A DNA stretch of 58,892 nucleotides from Macrostomum lignano (lineage: Eukaryota): positions 1 to 58,892 of the forward strand of contig NIVC01004127.1 of NCBI GenBank assembly GCA_002269645.1, read 5' to 3'. The stretch's first letter is position 1, and every line of letters begins with the position of its first letter. The notes beneath the pieces are model-generated. The model was not told the DNA's origin. It saw nothing but the letters and a program-made list of their open reading frames with translations, and made no database searches. Both the position numbers and the translations under genes were made by a program. Shown piece after piece: positions 1 through 13,790 of the stretch.

Positions 1-424
1 ATTACACCGTTTATTAATTGGCTGAGAGCCTGTCGTGCAGCGGTTTGCTCTCCGCTATTTGATGTGCTTTCTGCATAACTATGCGTCTAAATGTTTTTAT
101 TCCATTGTCTCCAGTAGGTAGCTGCTGGTGTCCGCGGTGAGCTTTGAATTTTCCTATATTTCCTTCACGCTTTTTTACAACGCCAAACTGCCAACAAGCG
201 CTAAAAATGCGCTTGTTGCACTCTTTTTGACAGCCAGTCTTTAAAAATCCAACAACGCATTTGTTACGCGTTAAGCAGACTTCAAAGGTAGCACTTGAAT
301 CGCTAGTCTTCTCCATTGTTGCGGTGGAAGTGAGAATTCGGAAAGACTGCAGTTATTTTTTACCTCATTTATATACAATTTGCTGAACACGGAACACTAA
401 ATACAGAACCCTCCAATCTCCGTT

Positions 425-1010
425 AAACTTGACTTACTTGACTTAGCTGCAGAGGGCTCCGTGCGTCCGGAAACAGCGAGGAGGCGTTGCCGCCCATTTC
501 GCTAACCCTGGCGACCACGGGCAGCTAGTGCTGCGGTGTCGCGCAGGGAGTTCCGGTGGTGCCGGTGTCCACAGCGCGGTCCCCCTCCGGAGGGTCCAGG
601 AGGTGGACTGTCGCTCGCCCGGTAGCCCTTAGGTAGCGGACGAGCTGGCAGAGATTCTCGGCTTGAAAACGTCGGAGAGGTCCGGGTTTGGGCCGAGGTA
701 GGTGAGCCTGACCTGAGTAAAGGCGGGGCATTCACAGATGAAGTGCTCCGCATTCTCGACACCGGAGAGGCAGAAAGGGCATTCCTCACTGCGGATTTTT
801 CCCTGGAGGTAGCGATGCCTGGCAAAACAGCCATGACCCAAGAGGGCCATGGTCACCGCCCTGATGTCCCTGCGGTTGAGTCCAAGCAGGGCCTTGCGCA
901 GGGCGGAGGAAGGACAGGGGACAGCCGCGCGTGATTGCCGGCAGTCGGGGGCGTTAGCCCACCTCTCCCTGTGCTTTGAAGCCACCCACTGGTTGATCCG
1001 AGTGGTCTCG
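425..1010 (-). mobile_element. 3' fragment of a non-LTR retrotransposon (LOA/R1/I-group-like), 5'-truncated
   Basis: ORF 629..985(-) reads [58 protein letters not shown], the post-RT/RNaseH 'GH..L..H...C..C...E...H....CP' CCHC zinc-knuckle signature. A short tandem tail (TAAGTCAAG-like on the minus strand) lies near 425-445. Confidence 0.75.
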
Positions 1011-1290
1011 TTAAACTTACATCATTATTTGTTTCCCACCAACCCCAATCCAGTTCTTCCTCAAACGACGAATCTCCTCCAATCACCATAAAATCTACAT
1101 CGTGATTTATTTCCCACCAACCCCAATCCAGTTCTTCCTTAAACCGACCAATCGACCCCTCCCCAAATTTTTCTCTCCAAAAACTGTGTACACAGCGCAG
1201 TTGCTGTGAGACCTGGAACCCTGCCAGACTAGAATAATAACACGCCGACGTAATTCTGGCGCAATAACAAACTTTATGCTTAGACCCCAG

Positions 1291-4200
1291 CAGTGGCGTA
1301 CTCAGGATTTAGTTTTGGGGGGGGCCGCAATCCTTAGGGGCGCCAATGTTGGGTGTCTTGTGGGGGCGCCATTTGCCAATGTTGCGTGCTTAAAATTTAA
1401 ATCATGAATATTGAACAATTTGAGCACTTTTGTATTTCGACTTGTACTTATTTATTAGAAAATAACTATTATGCTTAATTTGTTTATTGGACTTTATGTA
1501 TGATCACGTAGGAACAACCGCGAAATTGGCATTCAAGGCATCAATCAGAATCGATTCAAATGCGCGCAAAAGTTAAGTACAATAACTAAACTCACATGCA
1601 AATATAGACAATATTTTGTACTGACAGATTAAAAAAACTCATAGCATGGGAAAGTCGTTTTACGATGTGAGAAATTTTCATTAAATTTGAGCATGAAAAG
1701 TTTCAGAGTAATGAGAAAGGTATGAAACATTCGCCGAATTTTGCACAGACACTTCTATAGAAACTTTTTAAAGAAACATAAATAAATGTCCAAATATAAT
1801 AGGCAACTCCTGAAAACACTGCACATATACTTTTATCGTCCATGCTTGCAGATTTTTTAAAGCAGTTTTCATTGAATAGAATGATCTAGAAGCCTCGCAA
1901 AATGACAAAGAACTTGTTTTACTACACCCAGTCACCATTATTTCTTGGAAATCAACTAAGTATATAACAAGTATCTGTGAAAGTAATAAATAAGCCTATT
2001 TGAACAGCTTGCTAAAATGTCAATACACAGAATACGCAAAGCAGGAAAATGTCAATACATAAGATCCGGTAAATGGCACCTACTACAATAGTATATGACG
2101 GCTCGTACTCGTACGAGCTAGGATCGCAAATTAAAACAATAGCTAACACTTCAAAGTAAAAGTTCTATCCGTCTGGGCTGCGACGCGAACCTTTGAAGAA
2201 CTTCTTCAGGAGTTGGGCAAGCGCTACGGTGGCATGAAGCAGCAGAATCGATTGCAGGCGATCCTCTCCCATTGTGCTGCGCTCAACAGTTAAAGTCCTT
2301 TTTAGCTTGGAAAAACTCTCTCTGGCTCACACGTTGAGACTGGAAGAGTAGCCAGGATCATGAGTAGTCGCTGAATGTTTGGAAATTTATGCACGCTACA
2401 AGTCTTTAATGCTTCAAGTGCTGACCCAGGACGGTCTCGCGTCGACACTGCTGCCCACTGTCGACGCCATAGCAGGTACTCTTGCTTCACCACTGAAGGT
2501 GGCGTCTGTAAGTTGGCAGTTGTACTTCAGCACAGCTTCCTGCACTTTACTCCATTGCTCCTCCATGTCAACAAGCTTTTCGTGAAAAAACTTTGGTATC
2601 AGAAGCGTCAAGTTGAAGGCACGCTTTTGTGGAGCATCAAATCGCAGTTTGATATCTGATATGATTGCTGCTACTGCCGGATAGAAAACCGTTTCTCTGT
2701 AATGCTGCTCAGCTGTTACCGACACCGGTTGCCGGGATCTTGTAGTTGCAAATGCAAAATGTTCTCGTGCAGAGCGAATTCTTGGCGGCCTTACTTCGAT
2801 ATCAAATTCTGCAGCGAGCTGTTCAACTTTAGAGAATACTTCTCTAAATCGCACCTCACTTTGAAGCTCTTCCAGTTCAGCCAGGACATGATGAACATCT
2901 GCTAAAGCTTCTACCAGTTCGCTGCTAGATGATTGCAGTCTTCGGGAAACAGGCAGCAGAAGACTGGCCAAGGTTTCAAGGACAATCATCCCAACAATAA
3001 AGTCCAAATTCAAAATAGCTGAATGGTGCAAGCTGCAGAGCGAGCAGCATCGGTTCCTGGCGCAGGAGCTGATTTCTTCTAAGGCTTGTTCAATGAAAGG
3101 AAATAGCAATCGAAAGGTGACGACAGCGGTGTGGCGCTCCAAAAATCGAGTTTCACACAAACTAATGAGATGCCACTTTGCCGTTTCAACTTCGTGATCA
3201 TTTGATTGTATTAGACGTTTGAGCAAAGTAGTCCTTTTGCTGCTTGACTTGAAGCCTGCTACAACCTCTTGAATGACTCCCATGGAATTTCTGATGATCT
3301 GGACCTTAATGGCATTTGCTGCGCTTAAATTCAACCAGTGAGCCATACAATGAAAGTAGTCCGCTTGAGGGGCCTCTTTGCGGATAAAAGCAGCAACTCC
3401 AATTCTCTCACTCGCCATGGCAGCGGCACCATCGTAGCATTGTGCTACGCACTGATTCAAATCAAGTCCAAGAGTGCGTAGGCGCCTGACAATTGCGGAT
3501 GAAATATTCGCACCACTGAGTCGCAAATTCTCCCATCCATCACAATTTTCAGCTATATCAGCAACAACATCTAGCATTGCAACTGGCTCTTCGAATTGCT
3601 GAAAAGCACCATCTTCAGTTTGTTCTACAAATCGAACAACGATGACCAGCTGCTCCCTCTTCTGTACATCCATCGTTTCATCGACAATCAGTGCCCAGAA
3701 CATAGCATTCCTAACTCGAGCGACAATTCTTTCTTGAATAAGTTGCAACGCGACATCCAAAGTTTCATTCTGAATTCGAGGAGAAAAATATGTCGCGTTT
3801 AACGATGCTTGTCTAGCATGTGCTCCAAGACACTGTCCCCAGCTCGAATACGAAATCGTAAAAGCGCTCGGAAATTTCCATCATTGACTTTTGGCTCTTC
3901 TGCCTCTTGAGAATTGTCTGATTCTGGGAATAAAGGCTGATTTTCTCCGCGGTGCCCACGCAAACTGAGATTTTGTCTTGCGCATGTCAGCACTGTATCA
4001 ATCACTGATATAAGAATTTCCCTGTTTTTACTGATTTGCTGTTGACGCGTCTTCTCAATTTGGGAGCGAATGTCGTTGGTTTCTTCTCCAAATAATGTGC
4101 GCTTCTCAAACTCCTTCATTTTTCTACATTTGCTAGATGAAAAGCGGTCTTCTCGTGACAACTAAGGTGTCCACTCTTGCCAGTGAGTTCGTCAAAACGC

Positions 4201-6271
4201 TGTAGTGGCTTCATAACTAATACGCCAGGCATTTGTCCACCCCCATGAGAGCGCCCTCCAACTCCAGCTGCTGATGAAAATAATACACATGGGGTGCAAA
4301 ATACGCCTTCAAGTCCAGAGACTCGGCTCACAGACAGCCAGGGAAACTCTTCAAGATGACTGGGCATAATTTTTCGTTTTCTCTGACGTCCTTGACATCG
4401 ATGCATTGAAAATGGAAAATGCTCTTGCTTTTTCGGCACCCACGGTTTAAAAAACTTTCGTCGAATTTCGATATTAATTGAACTTAGTTTAACAGCAAGA
4501 CCGATGTCATTTTCAGCGACAAAGTGCTGTGACTGAATTCTGTCTTCAATGATAAGAGCTGAGCCACAAAGTGAAGCTGTGCTTACATTAGAGAAGAGAG
4601 CGCTTGGAGCTGAAGCGGCTGGATTGTCTGAGGCGCCGCCGACGTCAAGGGCGGCAGCTGAAGCGGCTGGATTGTCTGGGGCACCGCGACGTCAAGGGCG
4701 GCAGCTGAAGCGGCTGGATTGTCTGGGGCGCCGCCGATGTCAAAGGCGGCAGCTGAAGCGGTTGGATTGTCTTGCTCGCAGAGGGCGGTGCTTGAAGCAG
4801 CTGTGATGGCTTGTGTAGCCTTGTCGCCTTTATCATCTGAACGACTTGAAAAATACTGTCGGATCTGGGCGCTCTCCTTTGCGCTGTCTTTGAGCAATCG
4901 AGCACGTTTATTTCTTCTACCTTCAGCTCCAGATAATTTTCTTTTTGTCGACATGAATCCGTCCAGAGTCCCGACTACGCTCTCAAATGCATTCTCGATT
5001 CGATAGGTTGAATTGGATTAATGCGTTTTTAAAGCTTATTTGCTTGGTTTTGCTTTGCATAAGGAATATTCCGTGAATGAGTCAAACACAGACGCTTTTA
5101 TTTACAAGTAAGCGTACGTTCATCATAGTACTTTCTTTCTACGTACTTTCAAGCGTAGCTCTTTAGGGCTTAGGGCGTTGGGGGGGGGGGCAGGCAGTCC
5201 TTGTTTTGCCTCTCTCTCTCAACTCAACCCGCGCGATCGATAATGGACGGGAGACGGTTTGCTTCATGTGGTGAGGGTATGCACACGATTTTAATGTACA
5301 GCGGAGAGCTTTTTAGCTAACATGTTTATCAGTAGAGAATGGGTTGATTAAATTCAGTGGAGAGTTGTCTATTTGCCAAACTTATTCAATTGATGTTAGA
5401 AAAATGTGTACATTCTGACTGACGCCAAGTACAAGCATGCATATAGAAAGCGAGAATTGAACAGCTAGTTATTGCGAAGTTCTTAAAAATTGAGTTATTT
5501 CTGCTTAATGGAATGAAGAATTTTCAGTAAATGATTAGAATCTACATTTAGTATAGGTAGCTTTTCAAACTGATTAGTCATACCTTCATGATATTTGTTT
5601 CATTTATACGCACTTATTACAAAAACAAAATTAACTATCTGTTGGTGGGGCGTGGCGCCTGTCGTTTGTGGGTGGGCACCCTGTATCTTACAGTGCTCCC
5701 TTGTCTCTTAAATGGGCGTCCGTGTCCCTTAGGTGGGCGCCCCTATCATTCATCGAGCTTATACCCCATCGTTTCGTTGTTGGAGGGGCGCAATTTTTGT
5801 GGGGCACAATTTTTTTAAGGGGCAATTTTTGTGGGGGCGGCAATTTTTGTGTGGCCGCAATTTTTGTGCGGGGATCGATGGGCGGCGGGAGCTTACGGCA
5901 CCGGGGCACGTTTACCGCACGGGCGGTAATTTTTAGTGCCTTCTCTGATATTTTAGGCCCTAATTATTAGCAGCTTATATAAAGGTACCTGTGCTGTGCC
6001 CCCTTGCCCTGTGCCCAGTGCCCCCCTAAAATATTAGGCTCTGCCACTCCCTGGGGAGGGGGCAATTTTAGTGGAACTGTGGGGGCGCAATTTTTGTCAG
6101 GGGGGGGCAATTTTTGTGAGGGCGCAATTTTAGTGGGGAGGGGGGCAATTTTTGTGGGGGGGGGCAATTTTTGTGGGGTGCGCAATTTTTGTGGGGGGCG
6201 TAATTTTTTTGGCGGGCGATTGGGGGGGGGGGGGCCGCGGCCCCCCGCCCCCCCCCCTGCGTACGCCACTG
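1291..6271 (-). mobile_element. Full-length hAT DNA transposon (ZMYM1/P52rIPK-like transposase)
   Basis: TIR CAGTGGCGTAC at 1291 and GTACGCCACTG ending at 6271. Flanks are GACCCCAG (1283-1290) and GACCCAG (6272-6278), i.e. an 8-bp TSD with a 1-bp homopolymer difference. Subterminal GGGGGCGCAATTTTTGT-type repeats at about 5780-6215. Confidence 0.9.
2302..4954 (-). pseudogene. hAT transposase split over frames (4954-4583, 4439-4116, 4161-3799, 3760-2414, 2493-2302)
   Basis: TTF-type Zn finger (FPWLSVS...GVFCTPCVLF), DUF4371-like segment (RQNLSLRGH...GNFRALLRF), catalytic DETMD, QCYDGAAAM, HCMAHWLNL and CETRF motifs, and the C-terminal dimerization motif LATLPVSTCEPERVF. The frameshifts may be real or assembly slips. 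Confidence 0.85.
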
Positions 6272-8140
6272 GACCCAGACCGTTATCTATTAAAATTTCT
6301 CGCAATAATTTAGTTTATATTTATTGTGCTTCGTGCTGTACCATAAACCGCCTTTACAGTTGTAAAACTGAGATCAATGGAAAGAAAACGGTGGGAGCGT
6401 CTGTTTTAAGAAAACCGGTTTGGGCGTCAATTTTTTTAAAGAACAAAAATAAGCATAAAACTTACATACTATCAAAAATTCGTTTTTTTTATTTTTAAAC
6501 GATATTTGTTGCTGAAGCAGGTTATTTTTCTTAACTTCTATCTAACTAACTAATAATTATGTCGCCAATTTGTAAATAACGCTCGTACAAGTTCAAACGA
6601 TTCATTTGAAGTTTTTAAAGTTTGACAGAGTTAATGACAAAGTTTTAGTCTTAGTTACTCTTAAATTTAGTTTATTGAAAGCTTTATATATAAACCTGTC
6701 ATTTGCATTGCATCTCTCTGCCCTCTTGAGTCCGCCTCTGCCTCCTTGAATTGGACACCCAGTACAGTAAATCTCAATAAATTTTCGAAGCCTGACGAAA
6801 ACTGTTCCTGTCGATAAAATCCACAAACCAGACAAAATTGGGTGGGCAAGCGCAGAGTGGCCAAATGAGTGGAAAGGTGAGCAGGATAAATTATAGAAAT
6901 CAATTCGCCTGATTAGTGAAAATTATTCATCATAATTTGCTATGCTGCCTACTTAATCTCATTTTCAGTAGTGTGTGCGACGACTTTGAATTTCGACTTT
7001 TTATGCAATTTCTTGTACCCGAAATTTCACTGTAATCTATTGTTACTAAGTTTACTATTTTTTATTGCTTCACTTCAGCTACGACAACCTTCAGTAATAA
7101 AGTTTTGCGCAGTGAAAGATTTCACATCCTCAAGATTTTAAATTCTCATTTTCAACTTTTATATGCTATAAAACTTTGCTATTCTTAGGAATTTCGAAGC
7201 CTATCATTTGTTTTAAATTTCTATAATTAAAAATAAGGAATTCAATCAGTTTGCAGACTGTGTAGTCAGCTTTATTATTAGTGGCCTCGCTTTCTAAGAA
7301 TACACCACATTTTTCCCTTGTGCAGACTCGTCAATCTTAATAACTCCTGCATCAACTGGAACCCACTCGCTTATATCAGCGTATTGAAACCCTCAGCAGC
7401 AAGTGCAGTGCTTCTTTCTTTTAGTCGTGACAGGTCCGTATATAAACACGTCATCATCCTATCCAGACAGGCAGACCTTTGCCCAATAATCCTCGTGCCA
7501 ATCCATTCTACTGTTCCAAACAGTGAACTGCCTGTAGAGCACTTGAGCCACTCAGCTACAAGTTGATTACTTCGTCACTAATCCTTGAGAGTTTTGGTCC
7601 TTTCTTTGCTGGACTCCCGCTGGACTACCTGTCTATCTATGCAAGATTTTGTTTCTGTTCTGACTTGGCTACAAGACCATTCTACTATACTATCTGCTGT
7701 AGTTTTGTTCGTGAGCCGCCAATCTACACTTTGATGAAGTGGTGCCTAGTAAACACACACTAAACAGAGGTTGTGGGAAATATTTGAAACTGATTCTACT
7801 GCCGAAACCGTAATGACAAATAAGCTGTGTTTGCTGGCCCGATGCCCGTTCGGCTACCGTGCATTGAAAATGAATCTATGGACCCTATAGCTACTAGAAT
7901 CTGGCGTCCACGTGTCCATTATCGATTCGCTTGAATTCTACAAATTGTATTATTGTACCCATCGATCTCTCGACTCTCATTGCTTCTCATTCATTTTAAT
8001 TTCAGCTCAATGATGCCAAAGATAAAGCCATATATATTTCTAGTCTTGATAGGTGCTAGATTCAGCGTCTCTGTATCAAGTCTGGCGCTCCTTTACTATC
8101 TTTCACGGTGGAAGCAGAGCAGCTCAGCGAAAAATGAAAC

Positions 8141-11100
8141 TGCGGCGCCAAAATGAGTGCCTGCGGCGCTTAAATGGTGTCTGCGGCCCAAAATGAGTGC
8201 CTGTGGCGCCAAAATGAGTGCCTGCGGCGCTGAACTGAGTGCCTGCGGCGCTTAAATGAGTGCCTGCGGCGCTAAAATGAGTGCCTGCGGCGCCAAAATG
8301 AGTGCCTGCGGCGCTAAAATGAGTGTCTGCGGCGCCAAAATGAGTGCCTGTGGCGCCAAAATGAGTGCCTGCGGCGCTGAACTGAGTGCCTGCGGCGCTT
8401 AAATGAGTGCCTGCGGCGCCAAAATGAATGCCTGCGGCGCCAAATGAGTGCCTGCGGCGCTAAAATGAGTGCCTGCGGCGCCAAAATGAGTGCCTGCGGC
8501 GCCAAAATGAGTGCCTGCGGCGCCAAAATGAGTGCCTGCGGCGCCAAAATGAGTGCCTGCGGCGCCAAAATGAGTACCTGCGGCGCTTAAATGAGTGCCT
8601 GCGGCGCTAAAATGGTGTCTGCGGCGCCAAAACGAGTGTCTGCGGCGCTAAAATGGTGTCTGCGGCGCCAAAATGAGTGCCTGCGGCGCTGAAATGAGTG
8701 CCTGCGGCGCTAAAATGAGTGCCTGCGGCGCCAAAATGAGAGCCTGCGGTGCTAAAATGAGTGCCTGCGGCGCTAAAATGAGTGCCTGCGGCGCTAAAAT
8801 GAGTGCCTGCGGCGCTAAAATGAGTGCCTGCGGCGCTAAAATGAGTGCCTGCGGCGCTAAAATGGTGTCTGCGGCGCTAAAATGAGTGCCTGCGGCGCCA
8901 AAATGAGTGCCTGCGGCGCCAAAATGAGTACCTGCGGCGCTTAAATGAGTGCCTGCGGCGCTAAAATGGTGTCTGCGGCGCCAAAACGAGTGTCTGCGGC
9001 GCTAAAATGGTGTCTGCGGCGCCAAAATGAGTGCCTGCGGCGCTGAAATGAGTGCCTGCGGCGCTAAAATGAGTGCCTGCGGCGCAAAATGAGAGCCTGC
9101 GGTGCTAAAATGAGTGCCTGCGGCGCTAAAATGAGTGCCTGCGGCGCTAAAATGAGTGCCTGCGGCGCTAAAATGAGTGCCTGCGGCGCCAAAATGAGAG
9201 CCTGCGGTGCTAAAATGAGTGCCTGCGGCGCTAAAATGAGTGCCTGCGGCGCTAAAATGAGTGCCTGCGGCGCTAAAATGAGTGCCTGCGGCGCTAAAAT
9301 GAGTGCCTGCGGCGCTAAAATGGTGTCTGCGGCGCTAAAATGAGTGCCTGCGGCGCCAAAATGAGTGCCTGCGGCGCCAAAATGAGTACCTGCGGCGCTT
9401 AAATGAGTGCCTGCGGCGCTAAAATGGTGTCTGCGGCGCCAAAACGAGTGTCTGCGGCGCTAAAATGGTGTCTGCGGCGCCAAAATGAGTGCCTGCGGCG
9501 CTGAAATGAGTGCCTGCGGCGCTAAAATGAGTGCCTGCGGCGCCAAAATGAGAGCCTGCGGTGCTAAAATGAGTGCCTGCGGCGCTAAAATGAGTGCCTG
9601 CGGCGCTGAAATGAGTGCCTGCGGCGCTGAAATGAGTGCCTGCGGCGCCAAAATGAATGCCTGCGGCGCCAAAATGAGTACCTGCGGCGCTTAAATGAGT
9701 GCCTGCGGCGCTAAAATGGTGTCTGCGGCGCCAAAACGAGTGTCTGCGGCGCTAAAATGGTGTCTGCGGCGCCAAAATGAGTGCCTGCGGCGCTGAAATG
9801 AGTGCCTGCGGCGCTAAAATGAGTGCCTGCGGCGCCAAAATGAGAGCCTGCGGTGCTAAAATGAGTGCCTGCGGCGCTAAAATGAGTGCCTGCGGCGCTG
9901 AAATGAGTGCCTGCGGCGCTGAAATGAGTGCCTGCGGCGCCAAAATGAGAGCCTGCGGTGCTAAAATGAGTGCCTGCGGCGCTAAAATGAGTGCCTGCGG
10001 CGCTGAAATGAGTGCCTGCGGCGCTAAATGAGTGCCTGCGGCGCCAAAATGAGTGCCTGCGGCGCTAAAATGAGTGCCTGCGGCGCTAAAATGAGTGCCT
10101 GCGGCGCTAAAATGAGTGCCTGCGGCGCTAAAATGAGTGCCTGCGGCGCTAAAATGAGTGCCTGCGGCGCCAAAATGAGTGCCTGCGGCGCTAAAATGAG
10201 TGCCTGCGGCGCTAAAATGAGTGCCTGCGGCGCCAAAATGAGTGCCTGCGGCGCTAAAATGAGTGCCTGCGGCGCTAAAATGAGTGCCTGCGGCGCTGAA
10301 ATGAGTGCCTGCGGCGCTGAAATGAGTGCCTGCGGCGCTAAAATGAGTGCCTGCGGTGCTAAAATAAGTGCCTGCGGCGCTAAAATGAGTGCCTGCGGCG
10401 CTAAAATGAGTGCCTGTGGCGCTAAAATGAGTGCCTGTGGCGCCAAAATGAGTACCTGCGGCGCCAAAATGAGTGCCTTCGGCGCTAAAATGAGTGCCTT
10501 CGGCGCTAAAATAAGTGCCTGCGGCGCTAAAATGAGTGCCTGCGGCGCTAAAATGAGTGCCTGCGGCGCTAAAATGAGTGTCTGCGGCGCTAAAATGAGT
10601 GCCTTCGGCGCTAAAATGAGTGCCTTCGGCGCTAAAATAAGTGCCTGCGGCGCTAAAATGAGTGCCTGCGGCGCTAAAATGAGTGCCTGTGGCGCTAAAA
10701 TGGTGTCTGCGAGCCAAAATGAGTGTCTGCGGCGCTAAAATGAGTGCCTGCGGCGCTAAAATGAGTGCCTGCGGCGCCAAAATGAGTGCCTGCGGCGCTA
10801 AAATGAGTGCCTGCGGCGCTAAAATGAGTGCCTGCGGCGCTGAAATGAGTGCCTGCGGCGCTAAAATGAGTGCCTGCGGCGCTAAAATGAGTGCCTGCGG
10901 CGCTAAAATGAGTGCCTGCGGCGCTAAAATGAGTGTCTGGGGCACTAAAATGAGTGCCTGCGGCGCTAGAATGAGTGCCTGCGGCGCTAAAATGAGTGCC
11001 TGCGGCGCTAAAATGAGTGCCTGCGGCGCTGAAATGAGTGCCTGGGCGCTAAAATGAGTGCCTGTGGCGCTAAAATGGTGTCTGCGGCGCCAAAATGAGT

Positions 11101-13790
11101 GCTGCGGCGCTAAAATGAGTGCCTGCGGCGCTAAAATGAGTGCCTGTGGCGCCAAAATGAGTGTCTGCGGCGCTAAAATGAGTGCCTGCGGCGCTAAAAT
11201 GAGTGCCTGCGGCGCTGAAATGAGTGCCTGCGGCGCTAAAATGAGTGCCTGCGGCGCTAAAATGAGTGCCTGCGGGGCTAAAATGAGTGCCTGCGGCGCT
11301 AAAATGAGTGTCTGGGCGCACTAAAATGAGTGCCTGCGGCGCTAGAATGAGTGCCTGCGGCGCTAAAATGAGTGCCTGCGGCGCTAAAATGAGTGCCTGC
11401 GGCGCTAAAATGAGTGCCTGCGGCGCTGAAATGAGTGCCTGCGGCACTAAAATGAGTGCCTGCGGCGCTGAAATGAGTGCCTGCGGCGCTAAAATGATTG
11501 CCTGCGGCGCTAAAATGAGTGCCTGCGGCGCTAAAATGAGTGCCTGCGGCGCTAAAATGGTGCTGCGGCGCCAAAATGAGTGCCTGCGGCGCTAAAATGA
11601 GTGCCTGTGGCGCTAAAATGGTGTCTGCGGCGCCAAAATGAGTGCTGCGGCGCTAAAATGAGTGCCTGCGGCGCTAAAATGAGTGCCTGTGGCGCCAAAA
11701 TGAGTGTCTGCGGCGCTAAAATGAGTGCCTGCGGCGCTAAAATGAGTGCCTGCGGCGCTAAAATGAGTGCCTGCGGCGCTAAAATGAGTGCCTGCGGCGC
11801 TAAAATGAGTGCCTGCGGGCTAAAATGAGTGCCTGCGGCGCTAAAATGAGTGTCTGGGCACTAAAATGAGTGCCTGCGGCGCTAGAATGAGTGCCTGCGG
11901 CGCTAAAATGAGTGCCTGCGGCGCTAAAATGAGTGCCTGCGGCGCTAGAATGAGTGCCTGCGGCGCTAAAATGAGTGCCTGCGGCGCTAAAATGAGTGCC
12001 TGCGGCGCTGAAATGAGTGCCTGGGCGCTAAAATGAGTGCCTGCGGCGCTAAAATGAGTGCCTGCGGCGCTGAAATGAGTGCCTGCGGCGCTAAAATGAG
12101 TGCCTGCGGCGCTGAAATGAGTGCCTGCGGCACTAAAATGAGTGCCTGCGGCGCTGAAATGAGTGCCTGCGGCGCTAAAATGATTGCCTGCGGCGCTAAA
12201 ATTAGTGCCTGCGGCGCTAAAATGAGTGCCTGCGGCGCTAAAATAAGTGCCTGCGGCGCTAAAATGAGTGCCTGCGGCGCTAAAATGAGTGCCTGCGGCG
12301 CTAAAATGAGTGTCTGCGGCGCTAAAATGAGTGCCTTCGGCGCTAAAATGAGTGCCTTCGGCGCTAAAATAAGTGCCTGCGGCGCTAAAATGAGTGCCTG
12401 CGGCGCTAAAATGAGTGCCTGTGGCGCTAAAATGGTGTCTGCGGAGCCAAAATGAGTGTCTGCGGCGCTAAAATGAGTGCCTGCGGCGCTAAAATGAGTG
12501 CCTGTGGCGCCAAAATGAGTGTCTGCGGCGCTAAAATGAGTGCCTGCGGCGCTAAAATGAGTGCCTGCGGCGCTGAAATGAGTGCCTGCGGCGCTAAAAT
12601 GAGTGCCTGCGGTGCTAAAATGAGTGCCTGCGGGGCTAAAATGAGTGCCTGCGGCGCTAAAATGAGTGTCTGGGGCACTAAAATGAGTGCCTGCGGCGCT
12701 AGAATGAGTGCCTGCGGCGCTAAAATGAGTGCCTGCGGCGCTAAAATGAGTGCCTGCGGCGCTGAAATGAGTGCCTGGGCGCTAAAATGAGTGCCTGTGG
12801 CGCTAAAATGGTGTCTGCGGCGCCAAAATGAGTGTCTGCGGCGCTAAAATGAGTGCCTGCGGCGCTAAAATGAGTGCCTGTGGCGCCAAAATGAGTGTCT
12901 GCGGCGCTAAAATGAGTGCCTGCGGCGCTAAAATGAGTGCCTGCGGCGCTGAAATGAGTGCCTGCGGCGCTAAAATGAGTGCCTGCGGCGCTAAAATGAG
13001 TGCCTGCGGCGCTAAAATGAGTGCCTGCGGCGCTAAAATGAGTGTCTGGGCACTAAAATGAGTGCCTGCGGCGCTAGAATGAGTGCCTGCGGCGCTAAAA
13101 TGAGTGCCTGCGGCGCTAAAATGAGTGCCTGCGGCGCTAAAATGAGTGCCTGCGGCGCTGAAATGAGTGCCTGCGGCACTAAAATGAGTGCCTGCGGCGC
13201 TGAAATGAGTGCCTGCGGCGCTAAAATGATTGCCTGCGGCGCTAAAATGAGTGCCTGCGGCGCTAAAATGAGTGCCTGCGGCGCTAAAATGGTGTCTGCG
13301 GCGCCAAAATGAGTGCCTGCGGCGCTAAAATGAGTGCCTGCGGCGCTAAATAGTGTCTGGGCACTAAAATGAGTGCCTGCGGCGCCAAAATGAGTGCCTG
13401 CGGCGCTAAAATGAGTGCCTGCGGCGCTGAACTGAGTGCCTGCGGCGCTAAAATGAGTGCCTGCGGTGCTAAAATGAGTGCCTGCGGCGCTAAAATGAGT
13501 GCCTGCGGCGCTGAAATTAGTGCCTGCGGAGCTAAAATGAGTGCCTGCGGCGCTAAAATGAGTGCCTGCGGCGCTAAAATGAGTGCCTGCGGCGCTGAAA
13601 TGAGTGCCTGCGGCACTAAAATGAGTGCCTGCGGCGCTGAAATGAGTGCCTGCGGCGCTAAAATGAGTGCCTGCGGCGCTAAAATGAGTGCCTGCGGCGC
13701 TAAAATGAGTGCCTGCGGCGCTAAAATGAGTGCCTGCGGCGCTAAAATGAGTGCCTGCGGCGCTAAAATGAGGGCCTGTGGCCTCAAATG
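8141..13790. repeat. 5.6-kb minisatellite, 21-bp unit AAAATGAGTGCCTGCGGCGCT
   Basis: Directly visible tandem array of roughly 270 highly homogeneous copies. The MSACGAK/APQALIL/HFSAAGT ORFs are artefacts of the repeat. Confidence 0.98.

Noticed and set aside
14-316. 100-aa minus-strand ORF at the window start
   Set aside because: No recognisable domain or supported splice context within the window.
1026-1139. Direct repeat of about 35 bp (TTTCCCACCAACCCCAATCCAGTTCTTCCT) near 1030 and 1110
   Set aside because: Only two copies, beside a truncated LINE. Most likely a local duplication with no evident function.
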